From: Heterodontus francisci | Lineage: Eukaryota | Assembly (NCBI RefSeq): GCF_036365525.1 | Contig: NC_090404.1 | Span: 26,992,149-27,056,148 of the forward strand | DNA length: 64,000 nt | Direction: 5' to 3' | Shown here: piece by piece, positions 1-10,547 of the stretch | Layout: each line of letters begins with the position of its first letter | How positions within the stretch are numbered: the first letter of the stretch is position 1 | Translations under genes and position numbers: made by a program | The notes under the pieces: model-generated | The model's input: the letters and a program-made list of their open reading frames with translations, nothing else | Databases searched by the model: none | What the model was told of the DNA's origin: nothing

Positions 1-385
1 CTTTCAGCAAGGCCTGTGTACAAGTTGACCCCTGTGTCCATTGTTCTGCCTCATCCACCGGATCATCCCCCTTTGTTCCGAATCCTTGTCTATTTAACTG
101 GTTCTTCAAACTATTGCACTTAGATTCCAGGTCCTTGCAGCTTAAATAAAGTTCTTTAACCTTTTTCTGGGCTCGCTTTAAGTACCCTAAGTACCTGTTA
201 ACTACTATGGTAACTGCCTTATCATTTTTATACTTTTTCTGCCCTTGCCACCACTCCTTCAGTTTGGCTGGTTCGGACTCTGGATCCCACCCATCTTTAA
301 CCATTTTGCCATAGATTTTCTTTTGCTTTTCCATGACTATTTTAATGAGTGAGTCCTCTGGGCCCCATTGGGGCTCCGATTCCAT
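1..385 (-). CDS. gag-like ORF of an LTR retroelement, runs off the window edge (MESEPQWGPEDSLIKIVMEKQKKIYGKMVKDGWDP...)
   Basis: ATG at 385, then 128 stop-free codons to position 1 (manual translation; not in the ORF track). It starts about 125 nt downstream of the PBS. The gag call rests on position, not on a recognised motif. Confidence 0.6.
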   Translation of the reverse strand, partial: MESEPQWGPEDSLIKIVMEKQKKIYGKMVKDGWDPESEPAKLKEWWQGQKKYKNDKAVTIVVNRYLGYLKRAQKKVKELYLSCKDLESKCNSLKNQLNRQGFGTKGDDPVDEAEQWTQGSTCTQALLK

Positions 386-511
386 TAGGCCTACAAAAGC
401 CCGGATTCCCCCGAGGTCCACCTAACACCTGGGTATTCCCACAATTTAACAAGAGTGGTTGATACTTATTGCTGTTGTCTCGTCCTGCGGTGCTCCCGGC
501 TCTCCAGGTGA

Positions 512-529
512 ATCCTTTGGACTACGCCA
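512..529 (-). promoter_or_regulatory. Primer-binding site complementary to the tRNA-Ser 3' end
   Basis: Minus strand reads TGGCGTAGTCCAAAGGAT 3 nt after the LTR end ...CACAACA. The plus strand GAATCCTTTGGACTACGCCA resembles tRNA-Ser ...GAATCCTGCCGACTACGCCA. Confidence 0.75.
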
Positions 530-532
530 AAA

Positions 533-1018
533 TGTTGTGGGAATCAAATTAAAATCAATTCATGACTCTCCACACCGTCTGATAGAGGTTTACAGTGTAC
601 CATTTATTTTTACTTGCAACAGTGAAGGCTCTGCAGACTCCCACTCTTCAGGAGATCGCAACTCATTCTCAATTCATCTCACAGACACTAGAGCTGATAA
701 AAGCCCACAACCTGCTGGCAGTCACGTACAATTACCCATAATGCTGCAGTCATTTCCCACAATGTTGCTGTCGTACACATTACCCATAATGCTGCAGTCA
801 TTTCCCACAATGTTGCTGTCATACGCATTTCCCATAATGCTGCTACGTCTGCTGAATATGCTGAGTGTATTTTCACTCTTTCAAAGCAAAAAGGAGTTCT
901 TTGGAAAACCTATTTCACAGTTAATAATATTGCTACTGATCACCATTGTTTTCATAATTGATCAATTACTTAACTTAATCAGAGCACAATCACACTTAGT
1001 TTTAACTCAATGTCCACA
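533..1018 (-). mobile_element. 5' LTR of an LTR retroelement/ERV, with an internal ~48-bp tandem repeat (about 725-850)
   Basis: TG...CA termini (minus TGTGGACA...CCCACAACA), AATAAA on the minus strand near 603-608, adjacent PBS. The distal boundary is less certain. Confidence 0.6.
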
Positions 1019-1099
1019 AAGTACCTTAAAAAATTAGATACAGGTTAAATGCAGTTTTTAAAAAAATCAAGAGCAAAGCAGAAGTAAAATGCAAAAACA

Positions 1100-1975
1100 T
1101 AAAAGTACGAAAGTAGTGGCTCCAAGCCTTAGGCCTACATGTGTATTCAGGACTGAAAAGAAACAACGTGGGAATCAGTCAAAATATTTTAAAAGGGATT
1201 TGTGATTGTTTGATTGATAGAAACCAAAGGCTGGTGATACAGGGATTGTCATCGCCCTGAGAAAATATTGGCCATGGATCACACAGAGATCTGCCTTGGA
1301 CCTTTTAATTTTAGCAACTTTCTAAATGACCAGGAACGAGGAGTAACAAGACAATAATAACATTTGCAGGTGAACCAAGCTGATGCAGGTGGCTGACTGC
1401 AAAGCTGAAGAGGATAAATTATAGGAGGATTAAATTATGTGGAAATGGGGCAGACAGGTGACAGATGACATCCAATGTGGAGAAATGCAAAGTCCATCAC
1501 ATGGAGAGAAGAAATTCAAAAACGGTCTATCACTTAAATGAAAAGAAATTAATTTGTATGGAAAATAAAACACATCTGTATTTTTTGATTAACAATAAAA
1601 TGAAGCTATCACAACAATGAGCAAAGCAAAGCAAACATTGGGATGTGTGAAAAGGACGATATCGAGCTGAGATATTGCTGCAACCTCACTTAGATTTCTG
1701 TCTCAATTCTGGACACCACAGAATGTTGCAACTATTGAACAGACACCGAATAGAGTAATCAGAATGATTAAGGGGATGGATTAGATTGGATTATGAGGAA
1801 CAATTATGCCTATTGACCATGCCCTCGCACCTTAAACCTATGTCCCCTAGTAACTGACTCTTCCACCCAGGGAAAAAGCTTCTGACTATCCACTCTGTCC
1901 ATGCCACTCATAACTTTGTAAACCTCTATCATGTCGCCCCTCCACCTCCGTCGTTCCAGTGAAAATTCCAGTCAT
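1100..1975. mobile_element. Decayed CR1 LINE RT fragments (plus about 1100-1800; younger minus fragment about 1822-1970)
   Basis: Degenerate RT C-terminal sequence. 1822-1965 is near-identical to 10815-10958 of the CR1 copy. Confidence 0.65.
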
Positions 1976-2029
1976 TTGTGAAAAAACTGGACAACCGCTG
2001 CCTATGTCATTAGCACAGTAGAGCCCCAT

Positions 2030-2575
2030 GTATAAACTGATAGCAGTGACAATGCTCCCACAGTAACAGTGTAAATGGCACATTTGATCTACATTTACCC
2101 TGTGATAACAGGAGATAATTCGCCCGCAGAAACAGTGCCAATAACACAAGAGAAGTACATTTACACCATGATAACAACTTGGTAATTCACCCACAGTAAT
2201 GGTGTCAAGCACAAAATAGAACTACATTTACAAAAATAAACAACAGTTATTTCCATGTATAAAATGATCGCAGTGATAATTCACCCACTGTAACAGTGTT
2301 GTGATAGCATTGTGATACATAATCCACTGTAAACAGTGTCAGCAACAAAGTAGAACTACATTTACACCATGATAACAGTGTGATATTTCCCCCATAGCAA
2401 TAGTGTCAGCAACACAACAGAACTGCATTTATACCGTGATAGCAGCGTGATAATTCACACAACAGTATCAATTCCAGAAAGACAATAGAAATGCATTTAC
2501 AGTATGATAAAATTGTGGTAATTCACCCACAGTAACAGTGTCAATAACATGATAGATCTACAATACCGTGAAGTG
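2030..2575. repeat. Degenerate intronic minisatellite (tttacaccatgataacagtgtgataattcacccacagtaacagtgtc...)
   Basis: Repeated units visible directly. Homologous arrays at about 26940-27210, 44700-44915 and 61618-61833. Confidence 0.75.
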
Positions 2576-3089
2576 GCACATGAAGAGAGAACTTATACAG
2601 TTAGAAGCACTAAATTATACTTTCAACACAGGAGAACTTAGACTATTTAATGGGGAAATTATGCAGCTGAAGAGGAGAAATTGTGTTGCCAAAGTGGAAA
2701 TGGATATTGCAAAGCATGAGAAATTACACTGATAATGTAAAGAAATTATGCTATTAAGGGGGAAATGAAATTCTAAAGGGGAGACATTACATCGAAATGA
2801 TGATAATTATATCAGTAAATGGAAGAAATTATATCATTAAATGTAGAAATAATAACGTTAAAGTGGAAAAAATGATACTGTAAAATAGGAGAAATTATAC
2901 CAATTGAAGGGAAGAAATCATCTCGTTAATGTTAAATAAAATAACAAATAAATAAATAAATGTGGAAGAATTATCCACTTAAATGTGAGAAAGGATATGT
3001 AAATCATGCAGAAACAAAGGTGGTAAATAGGAGCAGTGACAAAGCTTAACGATGATTTCTGTAACTAATATATAAGCACAATACTTTAC

Positions 3090-3159
3090 CTGGAACTCCG
3101 ATAACTGCAAGAATGGGATAGTAAATGGCAAATACCGAACCTTTTGCTGCCGCGTGCAC
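3090..3159 (-). pseudogene. Orphan exon 1 of a GPR139-like GPCR; start codon is GTG (VHAAAKGSVFAIYYPILAVIGVP)
   Basis: Colinear with the other three exon 1 copies and keeps the CCAG|GTAAAG donor. ATG is changed to GTG, with an in-frame TGA upstream at 3196-3198. No exon 2 in the window. Confidence 0.7.
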
Positions 3160-3210
3160 TTCTATCTGAAGCTCTAAGAACGTTCTGAACTGCACTCAAA
3201 GATTGTCGCA

Positions 3211-3285
3211 TTTATACCTGATGTCAGGCTCCACGGAGATAATTAGATGGTTTTATATTTTTGCATTATATACACTAATTGAAAC
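3211..3285 (-). promoter_or_regulatory. GPCR proximal promoter (TATAAA, CTAATTA next to TCCGTGGAG, second TAATT)
   Basis: Positionally conserved with the other three copies. Confidence 0.5.
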
Positions 3286-3669
3286 AAACAGATACGTGCA
3301 GCACCTGCCAGACTGGTGTTTTTGTTTTGATGGATTGGAATATTTTTCAAGGGATCTGACACGGCTCTAAAATGAAATACCCAGAGATTACAACATGATC
3401 AGAGTTACAGTTATGGTAATGAAAAGTTTAATAGGCGGTTGGAATGGTGAAAGTTAAACTTGTAAACAAGAAATTCCCAGCTTTAAACCCTTTAACACTG
3501 AGTTAAGTGCCCTCAGCTCAAGGTATAACTGACCAGAGATATTCTGTTCCTGAAGGAAACTACAGCCAAGTTCTCGCTCCTGATCACTATTCAGCTCCAG
3601 TCGGTGTGATCCTGGGTCATATCCACCTGACTTCAAATCCCTCTGAGACGGGGCATCCACTTTGATGCA

Positions 3670-4570
3670 GCTGACTGTATTCAGTGTGGACTGATTTCGG
3701 TCAGCATGGTACTTTCAGTGTGCATTGGTGCAGTTGTGCGCGCTTAATGTTTTGTGTGGAAACATCCAGTTCAGCACGGTTTCGTTCAGTTTTAATGGTC
3801 AAGTTCAGTATGGTTATATTCAGTGGAGATATGCCCAGTTGAGCACATATACATTTAGTGTGGACTAGTCGAGGTCGGCGCAGTTATATCCAGTGTGGAG
3901 AGTCAAGTTAAGCACGGTCACAATCTGTGAACAGGTTTAGTTCAGCACGGTTATGTTCTGAGAGCACAGGTTTAGTTCAGTACCGCAACACTCCGGCTTT
4001 CTGAGTTCAGCCAAGTTATATTCTATGTGCACAGGTCCAGTTGTGCCTGCTAATTCTCATTGTTGAAAAGACCAATGTAACACGGTTGCATTCAGTGTTG
4101 ACTAGTCAAGTTCAGTACAGTGTGGTCCCATTCGGTAGAGACAGGTACAATTAGCATGGTGATACTTAATGTGGGCTGGTCCATGTCTGCACGGTAATAT
4201 TCAGCACACTCACATTCAGAGTGGACAAATCCAGTTCTGTGTTGTTACTTTCAGTGCGGACATCTTCTGTTCTGCCTGGTTCAACAGAATGTGGGTAGGC
4301 CCAATTCAGCACGGTTATTCCCAATATGATCGTGCCCAGGCTCAGCGTGCTTATATCGAGTGTGTTGATGGCTAGTTGATTACAATTACTGCAAGCATGC
4401 TCAAGGCTGGTCCTGTGCAGTTACTGTCAATGTGGAGAGGTCCAGGTCATCAGGGTTACATTTTTGAAGAAAAGTCCAGTTTTGCACAGCTACATTCACT
4501 GTAGACATGCCCAGTTCAACATGTTTGCATTTAGTGACCAGAGATCCAGTTAAGTGCCTTTGCATTCATT
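3670..4570. repeat. Degenerate ~32-bp tandem repeat upstream of GPCR exon 1 (tccagttcagcacggttatattcagtgtgga-like)
   Basis: Recurrent gttcagcacgg/ttcagtgtg cores. Homologous arrays at about 45940-46670 and 62858-63590. Confidence 0.7.
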
Positions 4571-4779
4571 CTTTGGGGAGTCAGGAGGTGAGTGACTCGC
4601 AGCAGAAATCCCAGCCTCTGAACTGCTCTTGTATCCATAGCCTTTATATGGCTGGTGCAGCTAAGTTTCAGCCGTTAAATGTCTACATTTGTTACAAGAT
4701 CCTTTTATTTCTTGATGGGCGGCTCTGGCAAGGCAGGCGTTTGGTGTCCATCATAATTGCCTTTGATTGATACCATATC

Positions 4780-5470
4780 CAACGGTATCGGTGTTTCTAG
4801 GAGGCCTATAAATTGCTCTCTCCTGTCTTAGTTTCTCCTTGTTATTTCATATCTCATCCGATACTGATTTCATTCCCTGTTCTTTCGAGCCATGATCCTT
4901 CCTGACTTTATGCGATCCTTTATTATCAGAGCGACCCTAACTCGTTTTTCATTTTGTATGTCTTTGTAAAGTATCATGTACTCTGGAATATTTAGTTCCC
5001 AACCTTGGTCACCATGCAATTACGTCTCAATAACGTTATTTGATCAAACCATTTATCTCTATTTGTGCCATTAACTTGTCTATCTCGCTACAAATCCTCC
5101 TGGCATTCAGATAAAGCAGTTTTAATTTTAACTTCCTGCTATTTCCCCCTGAATTTACATTATTTTCTGATACACTATTACCGTTACATTCTCGCTCCAT
5201 TTCTGTCACATTCTGCTTAACTTTACCAAACTTGTTGCACTGCTCTGTGCCCTTCACTTTTCTCTTTACATTTATAAATTCCCCATCACTTTGAGCCTCC
5301 TCAACTTTTTTTTTATCATAAATCCCCATCTACAGCGTTGGTTATTTGATTTGCCTGGACATTGGTCCCAGCCCAGTTTAACTGGACCTCGTCGCAATGG
5401 AATCGCTCCCGCTTTCCCTAGTATTGAAGCCAGTGACCCATGAAACGAAATGCCTTATTCCAAACCACTG
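4780..5470 (-). mobile_element. Old CR1 LINE fragment (ORF1 end and endonuclease start)
   Basis: ORF 5036..5329 contains LLYLNARRI...IDKL, the CR1 endonuclease N-terminus. Confidence 0.6.
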
Positions 5471-5489
5471 TTTGATCCTGCATTCAACT

Positions 5490-5815
5490 CATCGCATCGA
5501 TCAGTCAATCCTCTATGAACTTACATTCAATCCCATTGACTAAACACCTTGGGATGGTTGCAGATACTTTGATCAGGTAATCCTCTATTACCCGTACATT
5601 TTACCCATTGACAAATACCTGGAGTCGGTTAAAGATGCATTGATCGGGTAATCCACTATTACCCGTACATTTCCTCCCAATAATCAAACCTTTTTTTGCT
5701 GGTTAAAAATACATTGATTGGCAAATCCTCTATTACCCATGCATTCTATCCTTTAACTAGGCATCTGGGCATGGTAAAGATATATTGAACAGCTGTTTCT
5801 CAGTTATCTGATCAT
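5490..5815. repeat. Degenerate ~70-bp tandem repeat (tgatcag..aatcctctattacccgtacatt...gttaaagatacat)
   Basis: Several units visible. A longer homologous array lies at about 50190-50860. Confidence 0.65.
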
Positions 5816-6291
5816 TCACATGCATGATTGAAGTTCATGTGTGCAAAAACACGAAGCGTGGTTAATCAGTTTTGTGAGCTGAAAGCACATAGAGCCACGT
5901 GAAAATATGACATTCTGGCAATGTCTGAGATATGGTTCAAAATAGGGAATGATCGTATGTTTAACAATCCTGGATGCAAGGCGTTCAGGAAAGAACAGGA
6001 AGGAAAAAAGGAGGGTAGCTGTTTTGATGAAAAAAAAAACGCAGTACTGCGAAGAATATCCTCGAAGGGATAATGACAGAAACTATTTAACGGGAATTGA
6101 GAAAAGTTGAATTAGCTATTACGATACTTGGTGCATTTAAAGGGACAAAAGTAATGGGAAGTAGGTAGAGGAGCAAATTTGAAACAAAATTAACGAGAGA
6201 GGCAAGAGTGACAGAGTAGCAATAACTGGAGATTTTAATTTCAACAGTAATGAATGAGGCAATGATTGCGTTAAGGGCAGAGATTAAATAA

Positions 6292-7885
6292 ATTCAGCCA
6301 ATTCGTTTCACTCCACGTGATATCAAGAAATGACTGAAGGCACTGGATACTGCAAGAGCTAAGTGTTCTGACAACATTCTGGCAATAGTATTGAAGACCT
6401 ATGCACCATAACTTGCCGGACCCCTAGCCAAACTGCTCCAGTACACTGGCATCTATCCAGAAATGTGGAAAATTGCCCAGGTATGCCCTGCACACAGAAA
6501 GAAGGACAAATCCAACCCAGCCAATTACTGCTTCATCGGTCTACTTCTGATCTTGTGATGGAAGGTGTCGTCGACAGTGCTATCAAGTGGCACTTGTTTA
6601 GCACTAATCTGCTCACTGATGCTCAGTTTGGGTTCTGCCAGGGCCACTCACTTGCTGGCCTCATTACATCCTTGGTTCAAACATGGACAAAAGAGCTGAA
6701 CTCAAGAGGTGAGGTGAGAGTGACTGCCCTTGACATTAAAGCAGCATTTGACCGAGTATGACATCAAGGATCCCTGGCAAAACTGGAGTCAATGGGAATC
6801 GGGGGTAAACGCTCTGCTGGTTGTAGTCATACCTAGCGCAAAGGATGATGGTTGTGGTTGTTGGAGGGTCAGTTATCTCAGCTCCAGGACATCACTGCAG
6901 GAGTTTCTCAGGCTAGTCTCCAAGGCCCAACCACCTTCAGCTGCTTCATCAATGACCATCCTTCAATCATCAGGTCAGAAGTGGGAATGCTCACTGATGA
7001 TTGCACAATGTTCAGCTCCATTTGTAACTCCTCAGATACTGAAGCAGACCATGTAGAAATGCAGTAAGACCTCGACGGCTTGAGCTGTTAGGTGGCAAGT
7101 AACATTTGCGCCACACAAGTGCCAGGCAATGACTATTTCAAACAAAAGAGATTCTAACCATCCCTCTTTGACATTCAATGGCATTACGATCACTGAATCC
7201 CCCACCACCGACACCCTAGGGGAACGTAATCATCGACCAGAAACTGAACTGGAGTAGCCATATAAATACCGTAGTTACAAGAACAGGTCAGAGGCTCGGA
7301 ATCCTGCGGCGAGTAACTCACCTCCTGACTCCCCAAAGCCTGTCCACCATCTACAAAGCACAAGTCAGGAGTGTGATGGAATATTCTCCACTTGCCTGGA
7401 TGGGTGCAGCTCCAACAACACTCAAGAAGCTCGACACCATCCAGGACAAAGCAGCACGCTTGATTAGCGCACCCCATCTACAAACATTCACTCCCTCCAC
7501 CACCAACGCACAGTAGCAACAGTGTGTACCATCTACAAGATGCACTGCAGCAATGCACCAAGGCTCCTTAGATAGCACCTTCCAAACCCGTGACCTCTAC
7601 CAACTAGAAGGACAAGGGCAGCAAATACATGGGAACCACCACCTGCAAGTTCCTGTCCAAGTCACACACCATCCTGATTTGGAACTATATCGCCATTCCT
7701 TCACTGTCGCTTGGACAAAATCCTGGAACCCCCTTCCAAACAGCACTGTGGGTATACCTACCTCACATGGACTGCAGCAGTTCAAGAAGGCAGCTCACCA
7801 CCACCTTCTCAAGAGCAGTTAGGGATGGGCAATAAATGCTGGCCTGGCCAGCGTCGCCCACATGCCATGAATGAATGAAAAAAAC
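6292..7885 (+). mobile_element. 5'-truncated L2/CR1-group LINE (RT to 3' tail), frameshifted
   Basis: RT motifs QFGF...VRVTALDIKAAFDRV, GVSQAS.QGP..F..FIND and .DD. The 3' end reads AATAAATGCTGGCC...(ATGA)n-A. Confidence 0.85.
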
Positions 7886-7889
7886 TGCT

Positions 7890-9090
7890 CCTGCTTTGTT
7901 TCACATGCAAATCTAGTCGTTACTCTTTAATAAGAACAGAGAATTCGATAATTGACGAGAAATTGCTATCAACCACACATTGACTTATAAGGAAAATTCG
8001 TTAACTGCTGACACTAAAGTTAAACAACGAGATTAATTTAAATTCGTCTTCTCAAAAGAGGAGGAACCTGCCAGTGACATTGTAAAGCAGGACGGCCAGT
8101 GCAATTGGACAAGATGAAAGCTGATAAATGGTTTGGAAATAAATAGATTTATCTATAAATAGATAAAATTGTGTTTGGCAGACCTCAACGTAGAAATGGC
8201 ATTGGGTCTTGATGGGATCGATCCTCGACTGTAGAAGGGAATAAAGGTGGAATTTGAGGGGTCTCTGGTCACAATTTATTAACCTTCCATGGAAACAGAA
8301 TACCGGAGGGCTGAAAATATTACTCTGCTGTTCAAAGAAAGGGCAGAGGGATACACCCGGCAATACAAGGTAGTCAACCGAATATCAGTGGAAGACAATG
8401 TTTCAGTGAGCAACATCGGGGACATAGTTAATTCCCCTTGGAAGAACATGGTTTAATAAATGACCACTAACAAGGATTGGCAAAAAGAAAATCATGTCAG
8501 AGAAACATGCTTAATTACTTGAATGAAATAATGGAGAGGGTTTATGGAAATTAATATCTGTATGGACTTTCAAAGGGTGTTTGAGAAGATGATATGTAAA
8601 AGACCTGTTAGCACTATTGAAGCCAATGGGATTAAAGAGGCAATGGCAACATGGATACAAAAGTTGGCTAAAGAGAGACAGCAGAGAGTAGTGGTGAATG
8701 GTTATTTCAGATTGTGGGAAGTATACAGTACTGTCACCCAGGGGTTGGTATTTGGAAACCTGCCCTGTTTGGTATATATTTATAAGTTAGGTACTTAGGT
8801 GTAGGGGGTATAATTTCAAAGTTTACATATACAGAAAGCTTGGATATGTATTAATCGGTGAAGAAGAAAGTAACAAACTTCAGGAGGACAAAGACAGACT
8901 GGCGAAATGGACACACACATGGCAGATAGAATTTAATACACAGAACCGTGAGTGATGCATTTTGGGAAGAAGAACTATCGCAGATCATTCCACCTAAATA
9001 ATACAATTTTAAAGCGGTTGCAGGAACAGAGACATCTGATGTTGCGTGTACGTAAATATTTGAAGGAGGCAGCAAAATTTGAGAAGATTG
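7890..9090 (+). mobile_element. Old CR1 LINE ORF2 remnant (continues 5850-6290, resumes at about 10391-10450)
   Basis: ORF 8544..8798 reads CMDFQRVF...WIQK...RQQRVVVNG...VTQGLVFG, a decayed CR1 RT. Confidence 0.7.
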
Positions 9091-10390
9091 TTTTTGAAAA
9101 AACGAAGTGACTCCTGACAATACAGTGGCCCACTGACGTCATCAGAGTGCTCCAAGTGCACACATGCACAACGACATCTTGCCAGGACTACGTGGCGCAT
9201 GCTGCGCTGACGTCATCTCGCAGCGCAAACGTCACCGCGTATCCGTGCAAGGTTACCCTCGCGCATGTGCAGTACTGCGCCATCCGGTATCCAGCCCCCA
9301 ACTCGGCTGGAGGAAGCGACTGAATAGCAGACTTTGTGGCTGGAGCTCTCCCCCCTCGGCAACTCGCTCCAGGCCTCGACACTTCTTCCCCTCAGCCGCT
9401 CACTCCAGACGTCACTGCTTCCCCCTCCCCACTCCCTTGGCCGATTGCTCCTGCCTTTCTGCCAACCCGCTCTCCGGCCACAGTCTCCCTGTTTCCCCAA
9501 TTCCCCCGCTTACCCACTCCCTCCGCCACTCCACTTTCCCACTGCCCCGACCACCCTGCTCTCAGGCCGCTCGCTCGCTCTCCACCCTTCCCCTTCAGCC
9601 ACTAGTTATAGGCTGCGCCGCATCCCACTTCTTGGCCACTCGCTCCTACGTCGCCCCATCACTCCTTGCTTCTTCAGGCGGCGCATGGAGAACGATCAAA
9701 CGTGGGAGCGAGTGGCCAAGAAGAGGGAAGCAGTGCGGCCTATAACTAGCGACTGGAGGGGCGGGGAGCAAGCGACCGGGGAGCAGGGTGGTGCGAGTGG
9801 GGATCAATCGGCCTGGGAATTGGGGGCAGGGCGGGGAGGGGAGCAGCGAGGTCTGGAGCGAGTGGCTGAGGAGGGGAAGTGGCCGGTGGGGAGGAGGGGG
9901 AGAAAATGAGTTGGAGAGTGAGGAGAGCGGCAAGGGGTGGGTGGGCGGGAGCTCGTAGCTGCGCTTGGTTGAAATCAGTCCTGGTCAGTCATATAAACGA
10001 AGCACAATAACGAATTGGCAACACATTTTATACTCTGCCCGATTCTCTTTTCCGTCAATCGGGGTGTCAAGTCACGATCTTCCAATAGAAATTCAATCAT
10101 AAAATTCCTTTTGTATTTAATAGGATTACTGGAATACTAAATGGATCTGAGGATTACAGTCAGTATCCTATAACTACATAGCATATTACTGGGCTTCTAT
10201 CCAACAGAATGTAAGGTTAGCTTGCTAGAATGATCTAGGCCTAAGCAATTCCTGTGATAAGTAGAGCAGCACCGTCTTTTAATCCTGGCAGCTGCCTGAA
10301 AGTCGCAGACACCGACGTTCCAGTTGAAGAGTCTGCATTTGCGCATGTGCAAGTACTGCTGCATTGTCAGCAAACGTAACCTTCAAAAAA
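9091..10390. mobile_element. Unclassified ~1.3-kb non-coding, CpG-rich insertion with short imperfect terminal inverted repeats and a large internal inverted repeat
   Basis: Interrupts CR1 RT sequence. Termini are TTTTTGAA...TTCAAAAA. CTGACAATACAG (9114) is mirrored by CTGCATTGTCAG (10359). Internal arms at about 9337-9650 and 9701-9962. Confidence 0.6.
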
Positions 10391-10547
10391 GAAGGGTCTG
10401 GGCTTTATAAATTGAGGCATAAAGTACAAAACCAAGGAAGTTAGGCTAAACGTGCATCAATCACACGTTCCAACTTCCAAAGGTTGAACCTGACCAACTG
10501 CCTTTGCTTTATTTGAAATTTATCCACAATATCAACAGTCCTGGATA

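Noticed and set aside
459-1037. 192-aa plus-strand ORF with repeated LPIMLQSFPTMLLSY
   Set aside because: It is the antisense reading of an LTR tandem repeat and shows no protein-family signal.
2030-5815. Regularly spaced repeats superficially like a CRISPR array
   Set aside because: They are degenerate tandem minisatellites without unique spacers, in vertebrate DNA with no cas genes.
9164-9933. Overlapping Pro/Ser/Arg-rich ORFs of about 190 aa
   Set aside because: These arise from a GC-rich inverted repeat that is poor in stop codons.
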